Source of the DNA: an uncultured Halomonas sp.
GTDB lineage: Bacteria; Pseudomonadota; Gammaproteobacteria; Xanthomonadales; Wenzhouxiangellaceae
Direction of reading: 5' to 3'
Assembly (NCBI GenBank): GCA_964453565.1
Contig: CAYVPB010000008.1
Coordinates: 614-64,613, forward strand
DNA length: 64,000 bases
Part shown: positions 39,598-49,139 of the stretch, piece by piece
Layout: each line of letters opens with the position of its first letter
Position numbering within the stretch: position 1 is the first letter of the stretch
Notes under the pieces: generated by a model
The model's input: the letters and a program-made list of their open reading frames with translations, nothing else
The model's database searches: none
Told to the model about the DNA's origin: nothing
Program-made: the position numbers and the translations under genes

Positions 39598-40185
39598 ATG
39601 GGCAGGCGCATCGTCGTTTTCCAGGGCCATCCCGATCCGGCCGGTGGCCATTTTGGCCACGCGCTGGCCGAGGCCTATATCAAAGGCGCGCGCGTGGCCG
39701 GCCATGAGGTCAGCCGGATCGACATCGCCCGGCTCGATTTCCCGTGGCTGCGGCGGCCCGAGGATTTCGAGCAGGGCGAGCCGCCGGCCGTCATTGGCGA
39801 GGCCCAGCGCGCTATCGAACAGGCCGACCACCTGATGTTCATTTACCCGCTGTGGCTGGGGGACATGCCCGCCATCGTGAAGGCCTTTCTCGAACAGACC
39901 TTTCGCCCTGGTTTCGTCACGCACAGCGAGGCCGGCATCAGCAGCTTCGGGTCGCGCCGGCTGGAGGGCAAGTCGGCGCGCCTGGTGGTCACCATGGGCA
40001 TGCCTGGATTTTTCTACCGGCTGTTCTATCGTGCCCATAGCGTGAAGAGCTTCCGCCGCAACATCCTGCGTTTCTGCGGCTTCAAACCGGTCCGCGTCAC
40101 CCTGATCGGTGTCTCGGTCGGCGGCGAGAGGGCTCGCGCAAAATGGCTGCGGTGCCTGCAGACGATGGGCAGCGCTGGACGGTAA
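39598..40185 (+). CDS. NAD(P)H dehydrogenase (quinone)/flavodoxin-like fold protein (Flavodoxin_2, KefF/MdaB-like)
   Basis: ATG at 39598 (MGRRIVVFQGHPDPAGGHFGHALAEAY). Also IYPLWLGDMPAIVKAFLEQTF. Confidence 0.8.
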   Translation: MGRRIVVFQGHPDPAGGHFGHALAEAYIKGARVAGHEVSRIDIARLDFPWLRRPEDFEQGEPPAVIGEAQRAIEQADHLMFIYPLWLGDMPAIVKAFLEQTFRPGFVTHSEAGISSFGSRRLEGKSARLVVTMGMPGFFYRLFYRAHSVKSFRRNILRFCGFKPVRVTLIGVSVGGERARAKWLRCLQTMGSAGR

Positions 40186-40383
40186 CTACAGCCCGGCGCT
40201 TCCATCAGCCCGACCGTGTCAATAGGGGAAATCGCCAGCACCAGCTCGATTACCAGGTGCGATCAGGAGGACGGGCGCGTCCTTACGCCCGGCAAGATCT
40301 TCACGGGCAATGCAAGATTTTACGATTCGGATTTGGAACCCTTGCCGAGTGGTCGTGTGCCGCACGGGCCTTCAAGGCGGCTG

Positions 40384-40417
40384 CCTTTCGGACCGGGGCG
40401 CGCCCCGGTCCGAAAGG
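40384..40417. terminator. perfect 17/17-bp GC-rich palindrome downstream of the transporter gene
   Basis: CCTTTCGGACCGGGGCG|CGCCCCGGTCCGAAAGG lies 8 nt beyond the stop of the minus-strand SNF transporter. There is no clear U-run. Confidence 0.55.
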
Positions 40418-40425
40418 TCATGCCG

Positions 40426-41790
40426 TCAGATGATCCCGAGCAGCGCAGCCATCACGAACAGGATGAGAATGGGCGTGACCACGCGGGTGAGCCACAGCCA
40501 GGCCTGGAAGGCCCAGTTCGGCATTTTCTCGTCCAGCTCCTCGCGCGTGATGCGGTTTGAGAGCACCCAGCCGGCGAAGATTGCAGTCAGCAGGCCACCG
40601 ATCGGCAGGATGATGTCGGCGGCGACGTACTCAACCGCGCCCATGATGTCCTTGCCGCCGATCTTGACTTCGGACCAGATGTTGAGGCCGAACACGGACA
40701 GCAATCCGAACGCCCAGGTGGCCAGCGCCACGAAGGTGGCCACCTGCCTGCGTGAGTAATTGGTGGTCTCGACAAAATAGGCCGTGGGCGGCTCCATCAG
40801 CGAGATCGAGCTGGTCCACGCCGCGACTGCCAGCAGCACGAAGAACGCCATGCCGTATGCGATGCCGTAGGGCATTGAGTTGAACGCATGCGGCAGCGAG
40901 GTGAAGATGAAGCCGGCGCCACCGCCTTCCGGGTCCAGACCGAAGGCCAGTACGATCGGGAAGATTGCCATACCGGCGATCAGCGCCACGGCAGTGTCGG
41001 CGAATGCCACCGAAATGCCGACTTTGGGCACGTTGATATGCGAGGGCAGATAGGCGCCGTAGGCCATGATTGCGCACATGCCCAGGCTCAGGGTGAAGAA
41101 TGCCTGGCCCATTGCGGTGATGATCATCTTGCCTGAGACCTGCGACCAGTCGGGGCGGAACAGAAAGCCCATCGCCTCTTGAAAGTGGCCGGTGTTCATG
41201 CCGTAGCCCAGCAGCAGCACCAGCAGTGCGAACAGGGTCGGCATCAGTACCGAAACGGCGCGTTCCAGGCCCCTCTCCACACCCAGCCCGACCACGCCGA
41301 CGGTCAGGATCATGAACAGCGCATGCCAGAAAATCAGGCGCGCGGGATTGCCGATCAGGGCATCGAAGGCGGCTCCGGGATTTTCAATGCCGGGCCCGAT
41401 CATGATGAGTTGCTTGAAGTATTCGAACCCGTAGGCCAGCGTCCATCCGGCGACCACCGAGTAAAAGCTCAGCACCAGAAAACCGGCCACCAGACCCAGC
41501 CAGCCCAGCCCCATCCAGGCACGCGTGGCGCCGGCGTCGTCGGCCAGTTCGCGCAACGAGTTGATCGGACTCATGCGGCCGCGCCGGCCGACCACGATCT
41601 CGGAAAACAGGATCGGCAGGCCGACCAGCGCGATACAGCCCAGATAGACGAGCACGAACGCGCCGCCGCCGTTTTCAGAGGTGATGTAGGGAAAGCGCCA
41701 GATGTTGCCCAGCCCGACGGCCGAGCCGGTTGCGGCGAGAACGAACATGAGTCGCGACGACCACATGCCATGGACGGAGGTAGTCTGCAT
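40426..41790 (-). CDS. sodium-dependent transporter (neurotransmitter:sodium symporter/SNF family)
   Basis: GSAVGLGNIWRFPY signature and about 12 TM segments. Length 454 aa. Confidence 0.92.
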   Translation of the reverse strand: MQTTSVHGMWSSRLMFVLAATGSAVGLGNIWRFPYITSENGGGAFVLVYLGCIALVGLPILFSEIVVGRRGRMSPINSLRELADDAGATRAWMGLGWLGLVAGFLVLSFYSVVAGWTLAYGFEYFKQLIMIGPGIENPGAAFDALIGNPARLIFWHALFMILTVGVVGLGVERGLERAVSVLMPTLFALLVLLLGYGMNTGHFQEAMGFLFRPDWSQVSGKMIITAMGQAFFTLSLGMCAIMAYGAYLPSHINVPKVGISVAFADTAVALIAGMAIFPIVLAFGLDPEGGGAGFIFTSLPHAFNSMPYGIAYGMAFFVLLAVAAWTSSISLMEPPTAYFVETTNYSRRQVATFVALATWAFGLLSVFGLNIWSEVKIGGKDIMGAVEYVAADIILPIGGLLTAIFAGWVLSNRITREELDEKMPNWAFQAWLWLTRVVTPILILFVMAALLGII

Positions 41791-41863
41791 AATCCGGGGT
41801 GCCCTAACTTGTTATTCGTGAGGCGGAATTGTCCACCATGCCGGGCCGTGACGCAAATGCAGT

Positions 41864-42289
41864 TTATTCGGGAGATGAACTGCGGCCCGGGCAGGGTGGC
41901 AAATGACGCAGATTGACGATGTGAGCGGCGGCGACCAGCAACCCGCCCGCCAGGGCGAGAACACTGACCCACGCCGAGCTACCGTGCACAGGAGAGACGA
42001 TGGCCACCGTCATAATCAGCAATCCGGTGGCCGCCATGACCGGCGCTGCCCAGCGCCGTTTGTCAAAGATGGCCGGAATCATCGTGATGGCCACCAGCAG
42101 CCAAGCCATTGCCAGAAAGACCCATTCAGCGTAGAACAGCCACAGGAACAACCCGCTGTGGCGAAACGAGCGGCTCATCCACAGCGCCGGATACAGCATC
42201 AGCAAAACGCTGAACATGGCACAATGAATTCCGCAGCCGATGGCCGCGACCATGCCCAGCCTGTCGCCCAGCCCGCGCCAGCGAATCAT
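41864..42289 (-). CDS. MerC-domain-like membrane protein
   Basis: Four hydrophobic helices. The first carries GCGIHCAMF (a Cys pair in the helix, as in MerC). It is divergent from zrgA-like and shares its Zur box. Confidence 0.55.
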   Translation of the reverse strand: MIRWRGLGDRLGMVAAIGCGIHCAMFSVLLMLYPALWMSRSFRHSGLFLWLFYAEWVFLAMAWLLVAITMIPAIFDKRRWAAPVMAATGLLIMTVAIVSPVHGSSAWVSVLALAGGLLVAAAHIVNLRHLPPCPGRSSSPE

Positions 42290-42306
42290 CCGATTTCCAC
42301 AAAATC

Positions 42307-42331
42307 AAGGATGTTATAATATAACACTTTC
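42307..42331. promoter_or_regulatory. Zur box
   Basis: AAGGATGTTATAATATAACACTTTC has a perfect palindromic core GTTATAATATAAC. This matches the gammaproteobacterial Zur consensus GAAATGTTATAWTATAACATTTC. It sits in the 60-bp divergent intergenic region. Confidence 0.8.
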
Positions 42332-42349
42332 TGATCCGGGAGATTATCG

Positions 42350-43036
42350 ATGAACTGGAACCGACCTCTTCCCCGGGCTTGTGCCGCAAGCCTGCTTTCG
42401 TTGGTGGCCATGCCGGTTTTCGCGCAGCAACTGGAGGCTCATGAGCATGGCCAGGCAACCGGGCAGCTTGCGGTGGATATTGGCGAGGTCTCGCTCAGAT
42501 TGCGGATGCCGGGGTTTAATCTGGTCGGCTTCGAGCATCCTCCGCGCAATGAGGGGCAGCAGCTTCGCTTCGACCGCGCGCTCAAGCGTCTCGAGGAGGG
42601 CGCCTGGCTGCGCAGCCCGGCCACCGCCCAGTGTGTCACGACTCGGCTTGAGATTCATACGCCTGGATTTGGAGTGGCTTCGCCGGACCAGCATGACCAC
42701 GATCATGAGCATGACCACGACCACAATCAGGAACATGAGCACGATCATGAACATCAGCACGATCAGGAAAATGAGCACCATAATCAAGACCGGCATAACG
42801 ATTACCACGATGATGGGCATGAACACGAACATAACCATCATGATGATGGGCGCCATGCCGAATTTGAAATCGAGGTGGAACTCGAATGCGCGCAACCGGC
42901 CCGGCTTGCATGGATCGAGTTGGACCTGTTCGAAGGCTGGTACGACAACTCGCGACTGCGCCTGGATGTGTTGACCGCGACCATGGTCCGGCAATTTGAT
43001 CTGCGTGCTGGTACCGGGCGGGTCGACTTGCAATGA
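42350..43036 (+). CDS. zrgA: ZrgA-like (DUF2796) periplasmic His-rich metal-binding protein
   Basis: Signal peptide, then a ~60-aa His/Asp/Glu tract (DQHDHDHEHDHDHNQEHEHDHEHQHD...), and flanking beta-rich regions typical of DUF2796. An ABC pair and DUF3299 follow, as in Vibrio zrgABCD. Confidence 0.8.
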   Translation: MNWNRPLPRACAASLLSLVAMPVFAQQLEAHEHGQATGQLAVDIGEVSLRLRMPGFNLVGFEHPPRNEGQQLRFDRALKRLEEGAWLRSPATAQCVTTRLEIHTPGFGVASPDQHDHDHEHDHDHNQEHEHDHEHQHDQENEHHNQDRHNDYHDDGHEHEHNHHDDGRHAEFEIEVELECAQPARLAWIELDLFEGWYDNSRLRLDVLTATMVRQFDLRAGTGRVDLQ

Positions 43037-43731
43037 GCAAGGCGTTGCTGGAGCTTGAGCAACTCGAATTCCGCTGGCCAGCCGACCCGGTGCCGGTCAT
43101 CGCCGGGCTGGATCTGGGCATTGCAGTCGGGGAGCGCGTGTTCCTGGTCGGTGCGTCGGGTTCGGGCAAATCCACGCTGCTGGCGTTGATCGGTGGTTTG
43201 ATCGTGCCGGATCGCGGTTCGATCCGCCTGGCCGGCCAGGCGTTGGAATCGATTGGCGCGGCGGCACGTGATCGTTTTCGCGCCGATCACGTCGGCATCA
43301 TCTTTCAGCAGCTCAACCTGCTGCCCTGGCTGGATGCTATCGGCAATATCGGGCTGGGCATAAGGTTCTCGGCCCGAAGACGCGGGCGCGTAGCCGATCC
43401 CGAGGTGGATGCGGCGCAACTGCTGGAGGCCATGGAACTGCCGCGCGACCGCTGGCAAAGGCCGGCCAATGAGCTGAGCATTGGCCAGCAGCAAAGGGTG
43501 GCCGCGGCCCGGGCATTGTTCGGCCGGCCCGATCTGATTCTGGCCGACGAGCCGACCTCTGCGCTGGATAGCGATCGGCGCGACCGTTTTATAGAGTTGC
43601 TGTTCGACCAGGCCGAACAGGCCGGCAGCGCGATTCTGTTCGTCAGTCATGATCGCAGCCTGGCCAGGCGGTTCGACCGCCAGATCGAACTGGCCGACAT
43701 CAATCGAGCAGAGGCTTTGCCGTGCTCCTGA
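43033..43731 (+). CDS. ABC transporter ATP-binding protein (ZrgB-like)
   Basis: Walker A GASGSGKSTLL, signature LSIGQQQRVAAARAL, and Walker B LILADEPTSALD. ATGA overlap with zrgA. Confidence 0.9.
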   Translation: MSKALLELEQLEFRWPADPVPVIAGLDLGIAVGERVFLVGASGSGKSTLLALIGGLIVPDRGSIRLAGQALESIGAAARDRFRADHVGIIFQQLNLLPWLDAIGNIGLGIRFSARRRGRVADPEVDAAQLLEAMELPRDRWQRPANELSIGQQQRVAAARALFGRPDLILADEPTSALDSDRRDRFIELLFDQAEQAGSAILFVSHDRSLARRFDRQIELADINRAEALPCS

Positions 43732-44984
43732 AACTGGCGCGTGGATCGCTGTTCAATCGTCGTGCCGCGGTGTCGCTGACCGTGGCTACGATAGCCATTT
43801 CAATTGCGCTGCTGGTGCTGGTCGAGCAGATGCGCGGCCAGGTGCGCGAGGGCTTTTACCGTTCCGTTTCGGGCACCGACCTGATTGTCGGCGCACCTAC
43901 CGCGCCGGTGCAGTTACTGCTGTATTCGGTCTTCGGCCTGGGTGATCCGACGCGCAATGTCAGCATGGAAAGTTACCGCGAAATCGCCTCGCATCCCATG
44001 GTTGCGTGGACAATTCCGATTTCGCTGGGCGATTCCTGGCGCGGCAACCGCGTGATCGGCACCACTTCGGCGATGTTCGAGCATTACCGTTATGGTGATC
44101 GCCAGGCGCTGGAGTTTCGTGACGGAGGCCGGTTCGAAGCGCTCTACGATGTAGTTGTCGGCGCAGCAGTGGCGCGACAGCACGGGCTCTCAGTGGGTGA
44201 TGAGTTGACTCTCGCCCACGGCACTGGTCGGGTCAGTCTGCAGCATCACGACGACAATCCGTTCAGCGTCAGCGGTGTGCTGGCCGCGAGCGGCACGCCG
44301 GTCGATCAGTCGCTGTATATCAGCCTGGCTGCGCACACGGCCATTCATATCGGCTGGGAAAGCGGCGCGGCGCCGCGTCCCGGCAGCCGGCCTGCCGCCG
44401 CGGCTGCGAATTCTGGCGAAGAACTTGAACCCGATCAGATCACGGCCTTTTTCGCCGGTCTGAAAACGCGCGCCGCGGTGTTCGGGCTGCAGTATGAAAT
44501 CAACCGGCGCGACGGTGAGCCACTGCTGGCGGTTCTCCCCGGCATCGCGTTGCAGGAGTTGTGGCGTATCACCGGCCTGGCCGAGCAGATCCTGCGTGTG
44601 GTCGCCGCGATGGTAGTGTTGGCCGGCCTGCTCGGCATGCTCACGGCACTTCTGAGCACGCTCAACGAGCGCCGCCGCGAAATGGCCATCCTGCGCGCCT
44701 GCGGGGCACGACCCTGGCAGGTCAGCGGACTGCTGTTGCTGGAGGCTATGTCGATAGTGGTTGCTGGGATCGTCTCGGGGGTGTTGCTGGCCGGCTTGAG
44801 CTTGTGGTTCAGCGCGCCAATGCTGCTGGATCGACTGGGCATCGCGGTCGGCTTCAATGCCTTCGAGCCCTGGCAATGGCTGGTGCTGGCCATGATCGCC
44901 GTGGCCGGCGTGCTGGTCGCGCTGGTCCCGGCCATAATGGCCTACCGGCGCACGCTCAGCGACGGCATGCAGGTCAGGTTGTAA
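43722..44984 (+). CDS. ABC transporter permease, FtsX/MacB-like (ZrgC-like)
   Basis: N-terminal TM helix, large periplasmic domain, and a C-terminal FtsX 3-TM bundle (REMAILRACGARPWQV). GTG start overlaps the upstream gene. Confidence 0.85.
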   Translation: MLLKLARGSLFNRRAAVSLTVATIAISIALLVLVEQMRGQVREGFYRSVSGTDLIVGAPTAPVQLLLYSVFGLGDPTRNVSMESYREIASHPMVAWTIPISLGDSWRGNRVIGTTSAMFEHYRYGDRQALEFRDGGRFEALYDVVVGAAVARQHGLSVGDELTLAHGTGRVSLQHHDDNPFSVSGVLAASGTPVDQSLYISLAAHTAIHIGWESGAAPRPGSRPAAAAANSGEELEPDQITAFFAGLKTRAAVFGLQYEINRRDGEPLLAVLPGIALQELWRITGLAEQILRVVAAMVVLAGLLGMLTALLSTLNERRREMAILRACGARPWQVSGLLLLEAMSIVVAGIVSGVLLAGLSLWFSAPMLLDRLGIAVGFNAFEPWQWLVLAMIAVAGVLVALVPAIMAYRRTLSDGMQVRL

Positions 44985-45059
44985 ATAATTGCCCGAACTT
45001 CACGGCCGCTATTTCATCCAATACAGCGACTCCGAAACTCTTATCTGCGAGAACCTTCC

Positions 45060-45536
45060 ATGTACAGAGTGATTTTCAGCGTGGTCTGCCTGATTCTGGC
45101 CTTGCCGGCTGCCGCCGAGGTGCGCGAGATCGAGTGGCTGGACCTGATGCCGCAATCCGAGGCCGACAACTGGCTGAACGGCCAGGGCAGCGTCGATCAC
45201 AGCGGCTTCGGTCCGATTGATGCATTTCAGTCCTGGACCACGGTCGGTGAACTGGACGGACAGGAGGTGCGGCTGCCCGGTTTTGTTGTTCCGGTCGAGA
45301 CCACCCGTGACGGCAAGCTCAAAGAGTTCTTTCTGGTGCCGTACTTTGGCGCCTGCATCCATGTTCCGCCGCCGCCGGCGAATCAGATCATCTACGGCCG
45401 TCTGGAAGAACCGATTCCGATGGTCAATATCTGGGACGCGTTCTGGATGGAGGGCACGCTGAATGTCGAGGAAATCAGCAACGACACTGCCGATTCCGCC
45501 TACACCATGGATGTGGATGCGCTGACACTTTATTGA
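45060..45536 (+). CDS. DUF3299-domain periplasmic protein (ZrgD-like)
   Basis: Signal peptide, then FFLVPYFGACIHVPPPPANQ, the hallmark of DUF3299. Confidence 0.8.
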   Translation: MYRVIFSVVCLILALPAAAEVREIEWLDLMPQSEADNWLNGQGSVDHSGFGPIDAFQSWTTVGELDGQEVRLPGFVVPVETTRDGKLKEFFLVPYFGACIHVPPPPANQIIYGRLEEPIPMVNIWDAFWMEGTLNVEEISNDTADSAYTMDVDALTLY

Positions 45537-45555
45537 GGCTGGCGCAATGCCTAGC

Positions 45556-45630
45556 ATTCCGCAGAAGCTTGCTTGCAATTATGGTGTTGCGGCCAGCGAG
45601 ATTCGCCTGCAAGCAGGCTCTTACGGATCT
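45556..45630. repeat. REP-like palindromic intergenic element
   Basis: GATTCGCCTGCAAGCAGGCTCTTAC, with an inverted partial copy (GCAGAAGCTTGCTTGCAAT) upstream. It resembles Pseudomonas-type REP half-sites. Confidence 0.55.
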
Positions 45631-45753
45631 GGGCTCGGCTGATTTTTTGTAGAAGCAAATTCCAATTCGCGATTGTTCCTGTACTGAGCCGGCCGCGTTT
45701 ATCGAGGGGCGGGTGCATTATCATCAGTGATTAAAAATTCTGGAGCCAGATTC

Positions 45754-47850
45754 ATGAAACCGCTTGCTTTTCTCTCTTGCCTGATTTTCCTGTTGCCCTC
45801 GGCCGGGGCCGAAGATTCGCCCAACTTGCTGTCAGCCGAGGTGCTGTGGAAGATGGATCGGCTGGGTTCGCCGGTGATCTCGCCGGAAGGCGGTCATGTG
45901 GTGGTGCCGGTGACGAGCTACGACACCGAGTCCGACGAGTCCGAGACCCGGCTGTGGCTGCTGGCTGCGGTGGACGGGGAGGTTCAGCGGCCGCTGACCG
46001 GCAGCGGCATGAGCGCTTCCAGCCCGGTGTTTGCGCCGGACGGGTCGAAACTGGCCTTTGCCAGCAAGCGCGACAAGGACGATGCCGGGCAGATCTACAT
46101 TCTGCCGATGGACGAACCCGGGGAGGCCGTGCGTCTGGGCGAAGTCCCGACCGGTGTTGCGGCGCTGAAGTGGGTCGGCGGGCACATCTACTTCATCTCC
46201 AGCGTGTGGCCGGACAAGAGTTTTGAAGAGATGGCCGAACACCTCAAGGCCGAAAAGGACAACAAGGTTTCGGCGCATGTCTGGGATGATCTGCCGTATT
46301 CATTCTTCGACCGCTGGCTGGATCAGGATCGTGAAAATCACCTGTTCCGGATTCCGGCCGCCGGAGGCGAGATCGAGGCATTGACGCAGCCGGCCGGCCT
46401 GGCGCTTTCGCCGGCCAGTCCCGGCACCGGCGACTATGGCGTTGCACCGGGTGAAAGCCTGATCGCTTTCGTCGCCGACAGCAGCGAGGAAGGCATTTAC
46501 CCCGATCCCGATATCTTTCTGCTGCGGCCCGGAACACAGCAGGCGCGCAATCTGACCCGTGGCAATACCGCGCCGGATACCAATCCGCTGTTCTCGCCCG
46601 ACGGACAATTGCTGGCCTTCACGCGCCAGCATATCGCGGGTTTCTATGCCGATCAGCGCAAGTTGATGATCCATGAACTGGCCACCGACCGGACCCGGCT
46701 TGTGCATGGCGACTGGGACCGGTCCGCGTCCGGCCTGGTCTGGTCGCCGGACTCGGCCGGGCTGTTCGGTGCCATTGATGATCAGGCCCTGACCCGTATC
46801 CACTTCCTGCCGCTAAGCGATGCCGCACCGGTGCCGATTACCGGCCAGACCGACTTCGACAGCCTGTCGATTGCCAGCGACGGCACCCTGATCGCGCGCA
46901 ACCAGAGCTTTTTGTATCCGCCCAGGATCGTGCGCCTGGATCCTGAAAGCGGCGAAGCGACCCGGCTGGAGACCTTCAACGACGGGGTGCTGGCCGACAT
47001 CGACCTCGGCAGTTACGAATCGGTGACCTATACCGGCGCGGAAGGCGCCGAGATCCAGATGTGGGTGCACTATCCGCCCGGCTTCGACCCGGAACAGCGC
47101 TACCCGCTGTTCCTGTTGATTCACGGCGGGCCACACGGCGCAATCACTGACCAGTTCCACTTTCGCTGGAATGCCCAGACCTTTGCGTCCTGGGGCTATG
47201 TCACGGCCTGGCACAACTTTCACGGCTCGACCGGCTTCGGCCAGGGTTTCGCCGATGCCATCAATCCGGACTGGATCAGCAAGCCATACGAAGACACGAT
47301 CGCGGCCACCGACTGGTTCATGCAGCAACCGTGGATCGATCCAGAACGGGTGGTTGCCGGAGGCGGCAGCTACGGCGGTTATCTTTCGGCCATCCTGCTC
47401 GGCCGCGAGCATCCATTCAATGCGCTGGTCATCCATGCCGCGGTCTACGACCTGTATGCCCAGACTTCGGCCGACTTTGCCGTCCACGAGCAGCGCTTCG
47501 GGCCTTACTGGCAGAACCCGGATCTGTATCGGGCCATCTCGCCGCACTATTTCGCCGACCAGTTTCAGACCCCCAGCCTTATCATTCACGGCCAGAAGGA
47601 CCTGCGGGTGCCGGTCGGCCAGTCGTTCGAGCTGTTCAGAACCCTGCGCGGGCGCGATATCGAATCCAGACTAGTCTACTATCCAGACGAAAACCACTGG
47701 ATCCTCAAACCGAACAATTCGCTGCACTGGTATGGCGAGGTCCGCGACTGGGTCAAGCGCTTCGCCGAGCCGGGGCCGCGGGTTTCCCCGCTGGCTGAGG
47801 ATGAAGCGGTCACCAACACCCAACCGGAATCGTCGCCAGGCGCGCCGTAA
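45754..47850 (+). CDS. S9-family serine peptidase (prolyl oligopeptidase/dipeptidyl aminopeptidase-like)
   Basis: ATG at 45754 (MKPLAFLSCLIFLLPSAGA signal peptide). N-terminal beta-propeller region, catalytic GGSYGGY, and later Asp/His (GQKDLRVP, ENHW). Confidence 0.88.
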   Translation: MKPLAFLSCLIFLLPSAGAEDSPNLLSAEVLWKMDRLGSPVISPEGGHVVVPVTSYDTESDESETRLWLLAAVDGEVQRPLTGSGMSASSPVFAPDGSKLAFASKRDKDDAGQIYILPMDEPGEAVRLGEVPTGVAALKWVGGHIYFISSVWPDKSFEEMAEHLKAEKDNKVSAHVWDDLPYSFFDRWLDQDRENHLFRIPAAGGEIEALTQPAGLALSPASPGTGDYGVAPGESLIAFVADSSEEGIYPDPDIFLLRPGTQQARNLTRGNTAPDTNPLFSPDGQLLAFTRQHIAGFYADQRKLMIHELATDRTRLVHGDWDRSASGLVWSPDSAGLFGAIDDQALTRIHFLPLSDAAPVPITGQTDFDSLSIASDGTLIARNQSFLYPPRIVRLDPESGEATRLETFNDGVLADIDLGSYESVTYTGAEGAEIQMWVHYPPGFDPEQRYPLFLLIHGGPHGAITDQFHFRWNAQTFASWGYVTAWHNFHGSTGFGQGFADAINPDWISKPYEDTIAATDWFMQQPWIDPERVVAGGGSYGGYLSAILLGREHPFNALVIHAAVYDLYAQTSADFAVHEQRFGPYWQNPDLYRAISPHYFADQFQTPSLIIHGQKDLRVPVGQSFELFRTLRGRDIESRLVYYPDENHWILKPNNSLHWYGEVRDWVKRFAEPGPRVSPLAEDEAVTNTQPESSPGAP

Positions 47851-47900
47851 TAGGGGGTCGAATAGCTGAGTCATCTAACCAATCAGGAAAAGAAAGCCGG

Positions 47901-49112
47901 CTACTGATCCGGGCGCTGGTAGCCCCAGCGCGCGAGATATTCGCCCCAGGCACTTTCGACCTTGTCCAGCGTGTCCGGGTCGAATCGGTGCGGGTTTTTC
48001 TGATAGCCACGGATGCTTTCGAGATAGCGCTCGAAATCGTGGCGCAGCGTATCGAAGCCTTCGAGTCCGAGCTGGCCGTATATGCGCTCCAGGCATTCGA
48101 TCGGCGTCTGGTCCAGGTCGCGGTAGCTGACTTCTATGAACTGTCCGGGCGCAAGCGGGTGAGTGTCGGTATACATCCGTTCAAGCATGCGCGGATAGGT
48201 CGAGAGAATCAGCGGCTCGACCGCTTCGGGGTCATAGGCTTGCAGTGCATACTGCGGCAGCAGCTTGCGATAGAAATTGCGCGTCGACTCGAACACCGTG
48301 TACGGGTTGCGGTGGATGTGGATGAAACGCGCGTCTGGCCACAATTTCAGGAGAGCGGCGACCTGGCCGGTGTAAACCGGATTCTTGACCAGCAGTGTGT
48401 TGCCCGCCGATTGCAGCAACAGCTTGCGGCAGTAATGCAGAAACATCCGCTCGCGCCGGGCCCGCCGGACCGCATCGACCGCGCCCGGATCGGGAAATAC
48501 ACCGGTCTCGAAATGCTCAACAAACGCTTCGGGGAAATACAGCGCGTGGTAGTACGACAGCGTTTGCATCGAGGCCAGCGCAATCTCGTCTTCCTGCGGC
48601 GAGTCGGCCTCGACGGCGACGTTGTCGATGAACCGGCTCTCCGGCAGTGCACGCCTGAGCAGTGGCCTGAGCGCCCGGCCCAGCAGCAGAAAATCCCACG
48701 GCATGCCGGTGGCGAACGGGTCGGGCCAGGCAAAACGCGGGTCGCGACTCATCAGGTTGAACAGGTGCGTGGTCCCGCTTCGCCAGTGACCGAGTATGAA
48801 TACCGGCGGCGGCATGTCGCGAAGTGGATCGGGTCGGGCCGCGACCATCGCGCGTTCGGCCAGCGATAGCGGCCAGCGCCCCAGCGCCGCCCCGCAGAAC
48901 GCAAGCATGCGCGGCAACATGGACGCCGGGACCCGCTGCTCGCACAGCAAGCGCAGCACTGTGGCCGGGTTGGCGCCCATAAGCGGATGGGTCCAGGTCG
49001 CGCTGGGCTTGCGCACTGAATTTCGATTCGGTCCGGTAACAGACATTGGATGGGAAGATTCTGGAAGCTGGTGGCAGACTACACCGGTCCGTGATTGCTT
49101 TGGCTTTTGCAA
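47901..49112 (-). CDS. sulfotransferase-family protein
   Basis: PAPS-binding loop VFILGHWRSGTTHLFNLM, and a later LVKNPVYTG region. The start may be the ATG at 49046 (MSVTGPN). Confidence 0.75.
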   Translation of the reverse strand: MQKPKQSRTGVVCHQLPESSHPMSVTGPNRNSVRKPSATWTHPLMGANPATVLRLLCEQRVPASMLPRMLAFCGAALGRWPLSLAERAMVAARPDPLRDMPPPVFILGHWRSGTTHLFNLMSRDPRFAWPDPFATGMPWDFLLLGRALRPLLRRALPESRFIDNVAVEADSPQEDEIALASMQTLSYYHALYFPEAFVEHFETGVFPDPGAVDAVRRARRERMFLHYCRKLLLQSAGNTLLVKNPVYTGQVAALLKLWPDARFIHIHRNPYTVFESTRNFYRKLLPQYALQAYDPEAVEPLILSTYPRMLERMYTDTHPLAPGQFIEVSYRDLDQTPIECLERIYGQLGLEGFDTLRHDFERYLESIRGYQKNPHRFDPDTLDKVESAWGEYLARWGYQRPDQ

Positions 49113-49139
49113 TTCATCATCGATTCAACGGTATCTCCC

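Noticed and set aside
42344-43033. A 229-aa minus-strand ORF with MVM/IVL repeats.
   Set aside because: It is the complement of the His/Asp codon tract of the zrgA-like gene. The hydrophobic low complexity is an artefact of reading CAT/GAT-rich DNA backwards.
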